Shown: piece after piece, positions 28,004 through 38,635 of the stretch | Numbering within the stretch: position 1 is the first letter of the stretch | Layout: each line of letters opens with the position of its first letter | Assembly (NCBI GenBank): GCA_964478625.1 | Contig: CAYZJH010000012.1 | Coordinates: forward strand, 8,087 to 72,086 | Source: an uncultured Desulfobacteraceae bacterium | Lineage (GTDB): Bacteria > Desulfobacterota > Desulfobacteria > Desulfobacterales > SKZT01 | Direction: 5' to 3' | Length of the DNA stretch: 64,000 nt | Position numbers and translations under genes: made by a program | Notes under the pieces: generated by a model | Databases searched by the model: none | Seen by the model: only the letters and a program-made list of their open reading frames with translations | What the model was told of the DNA's origin: nothing

Positions 28004-28213
28004 ATGAGCATTCGACTGATTGCACAGGACCTTTACCGTGTCATCCGGGAGGTGGAAAAACTGGAAAAGGAAATGGAAAAGGCCCCATTCGAAAAACGCG
28101 AGGCACTGGAAAATAAACTTCGAAAGGCCAAAGCTGAAGAAAGGCAGATCCGGGCAATGCTCGAAGCCAAAAAAGAACCTCCGCAACATTCCTCTGTCCA
28201 ACCCAGGCGATAA
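28004..28213 (+). CDS. Small charged coiled-coil protein (69 aa)
   Basis: It is an ORF with a heptad-like Lys/Glu-rich sequence (DLYRVIREVEKLEKEMEK...). The RBS is weak, and it resembles small conserved proteins of deltaproteobacteria from memory only. Confidence 0.45.
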   Translation: MSIRLIAQDLYRVIREVEKLEKEMEKAPFEKREALENKLRKAKAEERQIRAMLEAKKEPPQHSSVQPRR

Positions 28214-28537
28214 AACATCTCACATCTCACTAAATTTAGCGATTCCATAATGCTAAAAGAAAATTTGACATTTCGGTTTAGCGGCTCAATTTTATAGCAA
28301 TGATTGATTCGATCTATCGTTAGCCTTTACATTATTTACTCCTCGAAACACTTAACCGTTGACTTCTTTTGACATTCCAACAGGGTTGAAGATTTCACTT
28401 TTGCAATTGATGATAAAAAAGTGCTAACCATTTCGAATCGCATTCTAAATTCCTAATCCGGTTTAAAAAGAAAAAGCGCAAAAGCCGGAAATCGGATCAT
28501 CGAAACCAACAACCTTGAACCCAGGGAGGAAAATAAA

Positions 28538-29110
28538 ATGGCTGAAACAAAAACAGCGGAATCCGCAGTCGTTAACGGCGTGAACGTGGATCAGCTTTTC
28601 GGAACAATCGATGCTGTAAAGAATGCTCCGGTTATCGGAAAATTCAAGTTCCGGGCTAAAAATAAATGGATTAACGGCGGATTAAACAGAACTTCCATTA
28701 CCAATTTTTACGGTACACAAAAAGATCATGATCATAATGCTCCATTTGAACTGGACGCGGATGAACCTGGCCTGCTTCTGGGAGGCGACCAGGGACCCAA
28801 TCCGGTGGAATATCTTCTTACCGCTCTGGCAGCCTGTGTGACGACTTCCATAGTATATCACGCAGCCGCTAAAGGGATAAAACTCAATTCTGTGGAATCG
28901 AGGCTGGAAGGTGATATTGACCTTCGAGGCTTTTTAGGACTGTCCCAGGATGTTCCCAGAGGGTATGAACAGATTCGGATGTTTTTTAAGATTGATGCCG
29001 ACGCTCCGCCTGAACAACTGGAAGAAATAGTTCAGTTGGGACCGACCTATTCGCCGGTTTATGACACCATAACCAGAGCGGTTCCCGTAATTGTAAAACT
29101 TGAAAAATAG
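28538..29110 (+). CDS. OsmC family peroxiredoxin-like protein
   Basis: GPNPVEYLLTALAACVTTS is the OsmC Cys motif. A strong RBS GGGAGG lies upstream. Confidence 0.9.
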   Translation: MAETKTAESAVVNGVNVDQLFGTIDAVKNAPVIGKFKFRAKNKWINGGLNRTSITNFYGTQKDHDHNAPFELDADEPGLLLGGDQGPNPVEYLLTALAACVTTSIVYHAAAKGIKLNSVESRLEGDIDLRGFLGLSQDVPRGYEQIRMFFKIDADAPPEQLEEIVQLGPTYSPVYDTITRAVPVIVKLEK

Positions 29111-29277
29111 TTCAAAAAATACATCCAGTGAGTCAATAACTGCCTGAACGAAAACTCCCCTCCCGAATGGAAGAGGCTTAAAAAGGGAAAAACACCTCGC
29201 TGATATTCTATCCCCAACTCCGGATTACTTCCTTCAGGGAGGGGAAAAAAGAGAATTCGTTCGGCCACTAGATCAAA

Positions 29278-29306
29278 AGCGGTGATCTTCAGATCACTGC
29301 TTTTTT
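29278..29306 (+). terminator. Rho-independent terminator
   Basis: AGCGGTGATC-TTCA-GATCACTGCT (10-bp stem with one G-U pair) is followed by TTTTTT. It lies about 170 nt downstream of the OsmC-like gene. Confidence 0.6.
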
Positions 29307-29522
29307 GTTATTCGATTCCACCCGGACCAGATGGAGAGGGGACCGCATCAATATTCAGATATTGCATTAGTGATTGACACACAGACAGGGTATCTGGTAG
29401 ATAGTGGATAAAAATCATTATATTTTTTCTGATTGAGTAAAAAACAGTTTAACCCGCCGTTGCATTAAAAAAAAGCTGATTTTTCTGATAAAAATATTAT
29501 CTGTGGAGGCTTATATTAAAAA

Positions 29523-29879
29523 ATGGCTGAGGAACGATCAATTCCTTCTTCATTTGAAGAAAAAAGAGCAGAACCACGTATGCAAAGTGATCAGTTCTAT
29601 AGTGTCGAGGTGTATCTACCTGATTTGTGCAGCCGATATCAGTTTAAACTTCGGGATGTATCAACCTCGGGATTGGGAATTATTGTAAAAGATGATTCCC
29701 TTTCCCTGAACCATTTTCAGATCGGAAATATAATGGAAATGTTGTATGCATCTCCTTCGCGCCCCGCAGCACCTGAACTGTTACAAACCCGAATAGAACA
29801 CATCTCAAAGTGTGAATCAGGCCGCTTTAAGGGGCACCATATCGTAGGACTCTCTATTATTGAAAAAAATAACTCCTGA
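29523..29879 (+). CDS. PilZ domain protein (c-di-GMP receptor family)
   Basis: RAEPR matches RxxxR, and DVSTSGLG matches the D/NxSxxG motif. Confidence 0.75.
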   Translation: MAEERSIPSSFEEKRAEPRMQSDQFYSVEVYLPDLCSRYQFKLRDVSTSGLGIIVKDDSLSLNHFQIGNIMEMLYASPSRPAAPELLQTRIEHISKCESGRFKGHHIVGLSIIEKNNS

Positions 29880-29905
29880 ACGGAATGGCCGAAATGATGA
29901 TCCTG

Positions 29906-30949
29906 TTAAGCCCTGTTGAAATCGCCGGAATTTTTTGCAGAAGAAAATCGCGGCTTTCGGAATTTTGATTTAAAGTCGAAACCGTTCTTGACAAAAAGAT
30001 TCAAACAAATTTTTACCACTTCCGGATCATAGAGTATGCCGCTTTTATTTTTCAGTTCTAATAGTGCCTTTTCAACTCCAATTTCCTTGCGATAAGGCCT
30101 AAATGAAGACATGGATTCGACAACATCGGCCACGGCCAATATCCGGGCTTCCAGGATAACTTCATCTCCCTTGAGCCCTCTCGGATATCCCGAACCATCC
30201 AATCGCTCATGGTGCTGGTAGATAGCTTCCGCTAAAGGCCATGGAAAATCAATGCCTTTGAGGATTTCATATGCAGTTTGGGGATGTTGCCGGATAATAC
30301 CCAGTTCATGGTCGGTCAGTTTTCCAGGTTTATTTAAAATGGCAGCGGGCACATGAATTTTACCCAAATCATGGATAGCAGCCGCCATTCGAAGTCCCTG
30401 GATCCGTTCCCAGTCAAGTCCAAGCTCTGTTCCGATTGCACGGCACAGTTTAGCGACACGGCGTTGGTGTCCTGCGGTGTATGGATCTCGTTTTTCGATG
30501 GTCAAAGACATGGCCTGGATAATACCTCCCATGGCTTTGCGCAATCGTTCGCGACTTTCAAAGAGTTCCTGCTCTGTTTTTTTTAAAATGCTGACATCGG
30601 TGACGGTTTCGACAATTCCGGCCGGTCTGCCCTGCTCATCGCGAATAACGCTGGCTTTAACAACACAGGAAATACCTTTGCCCACTTTACAGTGGTTTTC
30701 GCCATCATATGAAATTTTTTCAACACCATTGGTGATTTGAACCAATGGACATTTTTCTTCATGACACAGATTTCCCGGGAAAAGATCATAACATTTTTTT
30801 CCGACCAACTCATTTTCAGAAAGATCCGACATGGTTGAAAAGGCTTTGTTAACATAGATGATATTGAAATTTCGATCAATCACGATCAAACCATCTTTTA
30901 ACGCTTCAAATATCTGGTGGCAATCCAATTGAAATTCCATATCGATCAC
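29906..30949 (-). CDS. PAS-domain HD-GYP phosphodiesterase
   Basis: The N-terminus is a PAS domain (LIVIDRNFNIIYVNKAF). The HD motif is AAIHDLGK, followed by HHERLDGSGYPRGL (HD-GYP). Confidence 0.9.
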   Translation of the reverse strand: MIDMEFQLDCHQIFEALKDGLIVIDRNFNIIYVNKAFSTMSDLSENELVGKKCYDLFPGNLCHEEKCPLVQITNGVEKISYDGENHCKVGKGISCVVKASVIRDEQGRPAGIVETVTDVSILKKTEQELFESRERLRKAMGGIIQAMSLTIEKRDPYTAGHQRRVAKLCRAIGTELGLDWERIQGLRMAAAIHDLGKIHVPAAILNKPGKLTDHELGIIRQHPQTAYEILKGIDFPWPLAEAIYQHHERLDGSGYPRGLKGDEVILEARILAVADVVESMSSFRPYRKEIGVEKALLELKNKSGILYDPEVVKICLNLFVKNGFDFKSKFRKPRFSSAKNSGDFNRA

Positions 30950-31086
30950 CGACTCCTTGTGTCAACTATCCGGCATTTGATAGACTTCAAATAAAACCCG
31001 ATTTCCGTTTCATCACTCAAATATCGGCTTTTTGGGTTGTCGTGTCAATGAACAGACGTTAATTTTTAATGATATGAGTATTTGAC

Positions 31087-31130
31087 CTGAGCGATTAAAT
31101 TGATCACTACATGTCATTCCGGTAAAACCC
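31087..31130 (-). repeat. Family-2 repeat, partial inverted copy
   Basis: CTGAGCGATTAA...GTCATTCCGGTAAAACCC matches the reverse complement of 6025-6076. Confidence 0.5.
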
Positions 31131-31192
31131 ACTGGCCTCAGGCTAAAGGCTTTCAGATCCGGACATCACGGTCAGGGAAAAACCTCTTGCCT

Positions 31193-31429
31193 GTCATTCT
31201 GAGGGAGCAACTCGCAACGGCTTGATGCCTGGAAAAAAAATAAATATTTTTAAATCAGTTGATTGAACCCACGGCGGCCGAAGAATCCCTTTTCCCGAGG
31301 CTGAGTCGATCATAAGATCTGACCTGGAGTTGAACCGAGAGAGACTGTGCCATCGTGAAGAAATGAATCTCGTTGGCCATTGAGTGTGTGCCAAATAACC
31401 GTTTACGATGTTGGCCTCCTAAGAATGAC
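31193..31429 (+). mobile_element. MITE-like element, family 1, copy C
   Basis: Ends are GTCATTCTGAGGGAGC ... GGCCTCCTAAGAATGAC. It shares long blocks with copy A (GATTGAA.CCACGGCG.CCGAAGAATC, AGATC.GACCTGGAGTTGA, GTGCCAAATAACCG). Confidence 0.7.
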
Positions 31430-31816
31430 GGTCCTTGTAAACTATCCTCAGCAGCTTTTCCATCGGGCTTGTTAACATTTCGGTTGATTACTCAACAATT
31501 TGTATTATTTCTAAGAAGTGACTGAACAACAAGTCCTTATTTGCTTCTTCCTGAAAAGGGATGGTCCAGGTTAGGGTTTAACATATAAAGGAGTTATCCT
31601 GAAAAATAACGAAAAAAGAATCGCTCTGCAGTCCGGTGAGGGGGGACAGTTTCGATTTCGGTGGTTTTGGGGTAAGATGGAAAATAGAAGCTTTTGATAC
31701 GGGCAAACGGTTTTCGGTGGTACATCATCCTTTGGGGCCACATGCGTCGGCAGCCCCGTTGCATTACCATTATAAGGAGGATGAGTAGACAACTGATAAA
31801 CTCCTAAAGGATTCGT

Positions 31817-32473
31817 ATGGTGAATCGAAAACAGTTAATCATTTTATTTCTCATTGTGACAGGGTTTCTTTTTCATTACACCCAAATTGCTGATTGGCGC
31901 CAGGTTCTTGAATTGGTACAAAGGTTTTCCGACCATTGGTGGGCATGGACACTGATTTTAGGGACAAAGATCCTCCTTTACGCTATTGCCATGCCCGGAT
32001 CTTCACTGATCTGGATTGCCGCAATCCTGTATAATCCTGTACAGGCAACCCTTCTCATCATCTGTGGAGGAACTCTCGGCGGTTTTGTGGGATACTTTTT
32101 GTCGAAAAAAATCAGCAGCAAAGACCAATCTGAAAAAAAAGAATCCATCTTTTTTGGTTTTTTGCAGAACAACAGTAATTTTACAGCACTCTGCGCGGCA
32201 CGGATGATTCCCGGTTTTCCCCATTCGGTGATCAATTACGGAGCAGGAATCCTCGATATCCCGTGGCTCAGGTTTGTCTTGGCGACTCTGGTGGGCTTTG
32301 CGGTCAAAGGATTTGTTTACTCATCAGCCATACATGAAGTTATTGAAATATCCGATATTTCCGAATTGGAGAAACTGGAAAAAGTATGGCCGCTATTGTT
32401 GATTGCCGGGTTGATGATCATCGGTCATGTTCTGAAAAAACTTTACATCGCCAAAAAACAATCCGAGGATTAA
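31817..32473 (+). CDS. TVP38/TMEM64 (DedA-related, VTT domain) membrane protein
   Basis: It has multiple TM segments. RMIPGFPHSVINYGAGI is the family signature. Confidence 0.8.
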   Translation: MVNRKQLIILFLIVTGFLFHYTQIADWRQVLELVQRFSDHWWAWTLILGTKILLYAIAMPGSSLIWIAAILYNPVQATLLIICGGTLGGFVGYFLSKKISSKDQSEKKESIFFGFLQNNSNFTALCAARMIPGFPHSVINYGAGILDIPWLRFVLATLVGFAVKGFVYSSAIHEVIEISDISELEKLEKVWPLLLIAGLMIIGHVLKKLYIAKKQSED

Positions 32474-32478
32474 CCATC

Positions 32479-32664
32479 CTATTCTGCGGCGATTTCCGGA
32501 AATCCCGGGCCGAATTTAAACTTGCATCCGCATGCAGAGCACTCGGCATTTTTTTCCGTTTCTTCTTCACAAAGTTCAATATGGGTACTAAAACAATCAG
32601 GGCATTTCAAATTGGCAAATATTTCTTTTAGCTTGCACAATTGTTTGCAGGTCAGAACAGCCAT
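32479..32664 (-). CDS. Small zinc-ribbon protein (61 aa)
   Basis: CPDC ... CSAC forms a Cys4 pair. A strong RBS AAGGAG lies 7 nt upstream of the ATG. Confidence 0.6.
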   Translation of the reverse strand: MAVLTCKQLCKLKEIFANLKCPDCFSTHIELCEEETEKNAECSACGCKFKFGPGFPEIAAE

Positions 32665-32779
32665 GAATTTACTCCTTTCACATTTTTGATAAACAATCTA
32701 TAGTCTATTGTTAATAATTCGTCGTCTGATAAAAAAGTCAAGGGAATTAACAACTACCCATTAGAACCGGGGAGAAGGA

Positions 32780-33205
32780 ATGAAAATGAGACCCTTGGTG
32801 GGAGTCGCCGTAATCATCTTAAAAGACCATAAGGTATTGCTCGGGAAAAGAAAAACATCCCACGGTGATGGAACCTGGGCTTTGCCCGGTGGGCATCTGG
32901 AATTTAATGAAACCATCGAAGACTGTGCGATACGCGAGGTTTTTGAAGAAACAGGCCTTTTTATCAAAAATATCCGATACGGCACTTTCACCAATGATAT
33001 CTTCAGCAAAGATCAGAAACATTATGTGACTCTTTTTGTCATATCCGAATACGACCATGGAATTCCAAAACTGAAAGAACCTGACAAGTGCCATGAATGG
33101 GGCTGGTTTTCCTGGAACAGTTTACCTGAACCCCGATTTTTACCCCTGGAAAATTTATTGGATCAGGGCTTTGACCCCGAATCATTCATTTCAGACCGAA
33201 TTTAG
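32780..33205 (+). CDS. NUDIX hydrolase
   Basis: The Nudix box is GGHLEFNETIEDCAIREVFEETGL. Confidence 0.9.
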   Translation: MKMRPLVGVAVIILKDHKVLLGKRKTSHGDGTWALPGGHLEFNETIEDCAIREVFEETGLFIKNIRYGTFTNDIFSKDQKHYVTLFVISEYDHGIPKLKEPDKCHEWGWFSWNSLPEPRFLPLENLLDQGFDPESFISDRI

Positions 33206-35305
33206 AAATTTATAATTTCTATTGTTACTTAGAGCATCCTTTACCGCAACGGCCATTTTTTGCATATCAATTGGTTTGATCAGAAAACGCCTGATTCCCA
33301 TTTCCAACGCCCTGTTTTCATCAATCAATTCGCTGTAACCTGTACAAAGAATGGTAGGAAGTCCGGGATTAATCTTTAATATTTTTTGAATGAGTTTATC
33401 ACCTGTCATTTTAGGCATGGCCATGTCCGCAATAACCAGGTCAAATTTTTCCGGAGCCCTGGCAAACAGTTCGATTGCCTCCAGAGGTCGGGCGCAGATT
33501 TCGACCTGATAGCCTAAAGAGGTCAGTATTTTTTTTTCCATTTTTAAAATGAGTTCGTCATCATCGACGATCAGGATCGATTCATTGCCGGTAGGGTAGG
33601 AGAGTTCAATGTCGGCTTGGATTTTTTCCGGCATTTCAGTTGCGGGGAAAAAAATGTCGAATGTCGTTCCCTGATCGAGGATGCTGTTGACCCTGATAAC
33701 TCCCCCATGATTTTTTACAATGCCGTGAACCACAGCAAGTCCCATACCTGAACCTTTTCCGATGTCTTTCGTTGTAAAATAGGGCTCAAAAATACGTTCA
33801 AGATGACCTGGTGCAATCCCGTCACCATTATCACCAACGGATAATCTTAAGTATTTACCCTCCTTCAGATCCGGGTATTGGTCTTGGTTTTCGGCAACAA
33901 TTTCTATATTTTCCAGAGTGATATCCAGGTAACCGCCGTTTTTCTCCATGGCATGAACTGCATTTGTACATAAATTGATCATGATTTGGTGAATCTGAGT
34001 AGGCTCAGCCAAAATGGCATATGCAGTTCTCGAAATTTTTTGCCTGAACTCGATGTTCGCCGAAACAGAAGACCGAAGAAGCCTCAAAGATTCCGTAATT
34101 ACAGGTACAATATTAACCGGATAACGGTTTTCCTCCGATTTTCTGCTGAAACTGAGAAGCTGTTTTACAACATCCTTTGCTCTATGGCTTGCGATCCGAA
34201 TCTCTTCCAGAAAAGCATATAACGGTTTTGATTTGGGCATTCCGTACAAAGCCAATTCACAATTTCCAAGAATTATGCTCAGAATATTGTTAAAATCATG
34301 GGCAATTCCACTGGCAAGAGTGCCGATAGCTTCCATTTTATGGGAATGGCGAACCTGTGATTCCAACCTTTTTTGCTCTGAAATGTCACGGAGAATCACC
34401 AGCAATCCGGAAAGGTTTCCTTCATGATCACTATAGGTTGAGGCACTGATACTGACATCGACCAACCGGCCGTCCTTTTTGTAGCGTTTGGTCTCAAAGC
34501 CATGGCAGGAAATTCCTTGCCGGACAGCATTATGAATATGGAAAACAGTCTTGTCCACCTCGGATTCGGGAACATAGTCAATACGCTTTCCTTTCAGTTC
34601 CTCCAGAGTCCATCCGAACAACTTGGTAAAAGCGGAACTGACAAACTGCGTTCGACCTTCTAAATCATAAAGAACAATGGAATCAGCTGAAGAATTGATT
34701 AAAGAACAATACACAGCTTCGGCTTTTTTGGATTCTTTATACAGACGGCGATATTTTTCCTCACTGTGCCTGAGTGCCTTTGTTCGCTCGAAAACCAATT
34801 TTTCAAGCTCATTGCGATGTCTTTTCAATTCCGTTTCCATCAGCTTGCGCTCGGTGATATCAAATATGACGACAAGGCAACCGGTCAGCCGGCCCTCCTT
34901 GTTTTTGATCGGGGTGGCGATATGATCGATATAGAATGTATTTCCCAGGGAATCCGTGTGGTGATGTTCCGACCGACCACTTTCATGACCTTTGTAAACC
35001 ATTTTAGCGGGACATTTACGGCATATCTTATCCCTTTTGGCCGCTGCATAATAGCAATATTGTCCGATGACATCCTCGCCGTAAATCTTTTTTGCTTTCT
35101 TATTGCATGCCACGACCCGATAATTCAAATCAAGTTCCCACACGGCAATATCCATCCCATCAACAAAATCCGGAAACATGAAATCCGATCCATCATGCCG
35201 CAATATTGCAGGAAACCTTTTATCAGACCCTGATGAACCTGAATCGGCTGACACCATTTTCTCCAAAGGTTTTTCGTATTCTGTTTTTAAATCCATGACA
35301 CACAT
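33191..35305 (-). CDS. Hybrid sensor histidine kinase / response regulator with PAS domains
   Basis: PAS repeats are followed by HisKA (ASGIAHDFNNIL), HATPase (DNGDGI..FEPYFTTK..GSGMGLAVV) and a C-terminal receiver (ILIVDDDE...DLVIADMAMPKMTG). Confidence 0.9.
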   Translation of the reverse strand: MCVMDLKTEYEKPLEKMVSADSGSSGSDKRFPAILRHDGSDFMFPDFVDGMDIAVWELDLNYRVVACNKKAKKIYGEDVIGQYCYYAAAKRDKICRKCPAKMVYKGHESGRSEHHHTDSLGNTFYIDHIATPIKNKEGRLTGCLVVIFDITERKLMETELKRHRNELEKLVFERTKALRHSEEKYRRLYKESKKAEAVYCSLINSSADSIVLYDLEGRTQFVSSAFTKLFGWTLEELKGKRIDYVPESEVDKTVFHIHNAVRQGISCHGFETKRYKKDGRLVDVSISASTYSDHEGNLSGLLVILRDISEQKRLESQVRHSHKMEAIGTLASGIAHDFNNILSIILGNCELALYGMPKSKPLYAFLEEIRIASHRAKDVVKQLLSFSRKSEENRYPVNIVPVITESLRLLRSSVSANIEFRQKISRTAYAILAEPTQIHQIMINLCTNAVHAMEKNGGYLDITLENIEIVAENQDQYPDLKEGKYLRLSVGDNGDGIAPGHLERIFEPYFTTKDIGKGSGMGLAVVHGIVKNHGGVIRVNSILDQGTTFDIFFPATEMPEKIQADIELSYPTGNESILIVDDDELILKMEKKILTSLGYQVEICARPLEAIELFARAPEKFDLVIADMAMPKMTGDKLIQKILKINPGLPTILCTGYSELIDENRALEMGIRRFLIKPIDMQKMAVAVKDALSNNRNYKFLNSV

Positions 35306-35689
35306 TCCCCCATTTTGGATTAATGTTGGACAGGGAAATCACGGAATTGAAATATGGAATTGTATATATGAAAAGTTTACTTTTTATCATTTCTCATTTA
35401 GGAAATTAAATCAAGAAAAATTCAGAAGTTAATTTAACAATGTTAGAATTTTATTGTCATTTTTTAAAAAAACACCTCATTCCGACAGAATGCGATATCA
35501 ATTCAAAAAGGGTATTTAGTGTCTGAAATGAAAACTTATGTTTTTTAAACCATCCATTTTATGGTAAAAAATGGGGGTAGATCCATAAAAAGATACAAAA
35601 CCCTTGAAATATCTTCTATTCTTTCTATTATAAAGTGTTTGAATAAAGAAAGAATATCTATAAATCAATTTTAGAAAGGTTTCCGACTA

Positions 35690-37381
35690 ATGCCGAATAA
35701 TGAGCCCTCGTATGATTTTATCCGGGAAATCGTTGCCAATGATCTTAACACTGGAAAACATAACTTTATCAGAACGCGGTTTCCTCCCGAACCCAACGGA
35801 TATCTTCATATCGGCCACGCCAAGTCCATCTGCTTGAATTTTGGTATTGCTTCTCAATTCAACGGGCTGTGTAATTTACGTTTCGATGACACCAATCCTA
35901 GTAAGGAAGAAGTCGAATATGTGGAATCCATCAAGGAGGATGTTCGATGGCTTGGATTTACTTGGGATGACCGCGAATATTATGCATCCGACTACTTTGA
36001 CCAGTTGTATGAATTTGCCGTAAAACTGATCCGGAAAGGAAAAGCCTATGTATGCAGTCTGAGTCCGGAGCAAATTCGTGAATATCGTGGAACACTCACA
36101 GAACCGGGACAAGACAGCCCTTACCGAAACCGCTCGGTGGAAGAAAATCTGGACCTGTTCCAACGGATGAGAGCCGGAGAATTCAAAGATGGCGAACATG
36201 TTCTCAGGGCCAAAATCGATATGGCATCATCCAATATCAACCTGAGAGACCCCACCATTTATCGGATCAAACATGTCGCCCATCATCGCACCGGCAACAA
36301 ATGGTGTATCTATCCCATGTATGATTTTACCCATTGCCTTTCTGATGCAATCGAAGGGATCACGCATTCCATTTGTACGTTGGAATTCGAAAACAACCGT
36401 CCTCTTTATGATTGGGTACTGGATACCCTTGAAACCGAATGCCATCCGCAGCAAATTGAATTTGCGAGGCTTAATTTGAATTATACGGTTCTTAGCAAAC
36501 GGCGGTTAATACAACTTGTGGAAGAAGGCCATGTTACGGGGTGGGATGATCCCCGGATGCCTACCATTTCGGGTATTCGACGCCGCGGATATACTCCGGA
36601 ATCCATACGCAACTTCTGCGACAGGATCGGGGTCGCTAAACGCGACAGTATTGTGGATATGGAACTTCTGGAATTTGCCGTCAGAGAAGATCTAAATCAA
36701 AAGGCCAACCGGTTCATGGCGGTACTGGATCCATTGAAAGTGGTCATTGTCAATTATCCCCAAGACCAGGTGGAAGAACTGGAAGCCATCAATAATCCAG
36801 AAGATGAAAGCATGGGGAAACGAATGGTTCCTTTTTCCAGGGAACTTTTTATTGAGCGGGAAGATTTTCGTGAGAATCCACCAAATAAATTTTTCAGGCT
36901 GTGTCCGGGGGGTGAAGTTCGTCTTCGGTACGCTTACTATATTACTTGCCGGGAAGTCATCAAAGATAAAGATTCCGGAGAAATTACCGAACTCAGATGC
37001 ACCTACGATCCGGAAACCCGGGGAGGCTGGTCCAAAGACAAACGAAAAGTCAAAGGCACCATCCATTGGGTATCTGCAGCCCATTCAGTGCCTGCGCAGG
37101 TCCGGCTTTATGACCGTTTGTTTACCGTACCCAATCCCATGGATCAAAAGGACGGCAAAGATTTTAAGGATTATTTAAATCCGAATTCTCTTCAGGTCTT
37201 GACCCATAGCCGGGTAGAACCCGCCTTGTCGGAGCTTACTCCCGGAACTATCTGCCAGTTTGAACGTCAGGGATATTTTTGCGTCGATATGAAAGACTCC
37301 CGAAAGGATCTACCGGTATTCAACCGGACCGTCACGCTGCGGGACACCTGGGCCAAGATTGAAAAAAAAGTAAATCAATAG
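35690..37381 (+). CDS. glnS: Glutamine--tRNA ligase
   Basis: [19 protein letters not shown] carries HIGH, VLSKRRL carries KMSKS-type, and the GlnRS-specific N-terminus is FIREIV..DL..GK. Confidence 0.95.
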   Translation: MPNNEPSYDFIREIVANDLNTGKHNFIRTRFPPEPNGYLHIGHAKSICLNFGIASQFNGLCNLRFDDTNPSKEEVEYVESIKEDVRWLGFTWDDREYYASDYFDQLYEFAVKLIRKGKAYVCSLSPEQIREYRGTLTEPGQDSPYRNRSVEENLDLFQRMRAGEFKDGEHVLRAKIDMASSNINLRDPTIYRIKHVAHHRTGNKWCIYPMYDFTHCLSDAIEGITHSICTLEFENNRPLYDWVLDTLETECHPQQIEFARLNLNYTVLSKRRLIQLVEEGHVTGWDDPRMPTISGIRRRGYTPESIRNFCDRIGVAKRDSIVDMELLEFAVREDLNQKANRFMAVLDPLKVVIVNYPQDQVEELEAINNPEDESMGKRMVPFSRELFIEREDFRENPPNKFFRLCPGGEVRLRYAYYITCREVIKDKDSGEITELRCTYDPETRGGWSKDKRKVKGTIHWVSAAHSVPAQVRLYDRLFTVPNPMDQKDGKDFKDYLNPNSLQVLTHSRVEPALSELTPGTICQFERQGYFCVDMKDSRKDLPVFNRTVTLRDTWAKIEKKVNQ

Positions 37382-37399
37382 AGTTTCTATAGGTATTTT

Positions 37400-38605
37400 A
37401 TGGACAAAGTCCTTGTTGTCGACAAAGATCCTGCTTTTCTTGTCAGTCTGAAAAAAACATTTTCCAGCCTTCATCAGTTTGACATGACCTGCGCTCTGGA
37501 TGGTAAAGAAGCCTTGAAAATTCTTTCCTCCGAGCGGGTTTCAGTCTTTGTTACAGATATCAATGCCGAAAAAGTGGACGGTATTGAACTTCTGGCATAT
37601 ATTTCCCAAAATCATCAGGGGATGCCTTGTATTGTCATGTCGTCTTACGGAAAACCCTGGTTTTATAAGCCCTTGCAACAAAAAGAAATCCTTTATCATG
37701 TGGAAAAACCGGTGAGCATTGTAAGCCTTGTTTCAGCCATATTGGTCGGTTTGTCGCTAAAAGATGAAGAAGGCTTCAGTCGAGGCATGTCTTTAAACAC
37801 CTTTTTACCGCTAATCGAAATTGAACGAAAAACGTGCCGTCTTGAAGTCAGGGCACAGGCCAAAAAAGGGTTTCTTTATTTTGACGAAGGTGCCTTGATT
37901 GATGCTCACTATAAAAACTTCAGCTCGGAGGCAGCCGCTTCTGAAATGATGAAGTGGGAAAATTGTTCACTCTATTTAGGAGAGCTTCCGAGAAGACGCT
38001 ACCAAAAACGAGTCAATGTTCCTCTGATGGAAATGGCCGGAGCCACCTGGAAAAAAGAGGTTTTGAAGGACGGGAGCATAAACCGGCAAGACTCGGAATC
38101 CAACCCGGATTTGGGTGAAGACATGGCCACCGCGGCAACCAGAATACGGTTCGGAATCCCCGTTTTGGTCAAACCGAATCAGTATGAAAATATCGGTATT
38201 GCTGAGCAGGTTGGTATCAAGATATTGAATTCTCAGGTTGAAAAGTTTAAATCGATTCGGGGCTATGTCGCCATCGGCATTTTGGATCAGAATTTTAGCT
38301 TGATTGCCAGTGATTATGCCGATAATGAAGTCATCATTTCGGACCTCGCCAGGGCTTTCAAGCCTGTTTTAAGCCAATGTTCCGAGATCACCATAAAATA
38401 TGGTTTTTCAGAATGCAGACTGACTTCTTACCATACAAAAAATGTCGTTATTCAAATTCTTTATTCTTCACAACCGAATCTTCCCTCTTTTTACCTGATC
38501 GGAATCACAAAGAGCGGCGGAAACTGGTTTTTTATGAAATTTGAGCTGGAGAACCTGGAAAACCAGTTAATCGAAGCAATGAAAAAACCGATTAATATCA
38601 AATAA
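37400..38605 (+). CDS. Receiver domain - DUF4388 - Roadblock/LC7-like protein
   Basis: The receiver reads VLVVDKDP...VFVTDINAEKVDGIEL...VMSSYGKP. The DUF4388-like block is LPLIEIERKTCRLEV...GFLYFDEGALIDA. The C-terminus IRGYVAIGILDQNFSLIAS is Roadblock-like. Confidence 0.65.
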   Translation: MDKVLVVDKDPAFLVSLKKTFSSLHQFDMTCALDGKEALKILSSERVSVFVTDINAEKVDGIELLAYISQNHQGMPCIVMSSYGKPWFYKPLQQKEILYHVEKPVSIVSLVSAILVGLSLKDEEGFSRGMSLNTFLPLIEIERKTCRLEVRAQAKKGFLYFDEGALIDAHYKNFSSEAAASEMMKWENCSLYLGELPRRRYQKRVNVPLMEMAGATWKKEVLKDGSINRQDSESNPDLGEDMATAATRIRFGIPVLVKPNQYENIGIAEQVGIKILNSQVEKFKSIRGYVAIGILDQNFSLIASDYADNEVIISDLARAFKPVLSQCSEITIKYGFSECRLTSYHTKNVVIQILYSSQPNLPSFYLIGITKSGGNWFFMKFELENLENQLIEAMKKPINIK

Positions 38606-38635
38606 TATCAAACCGCGAAGGAGTTTTGATTCTCA

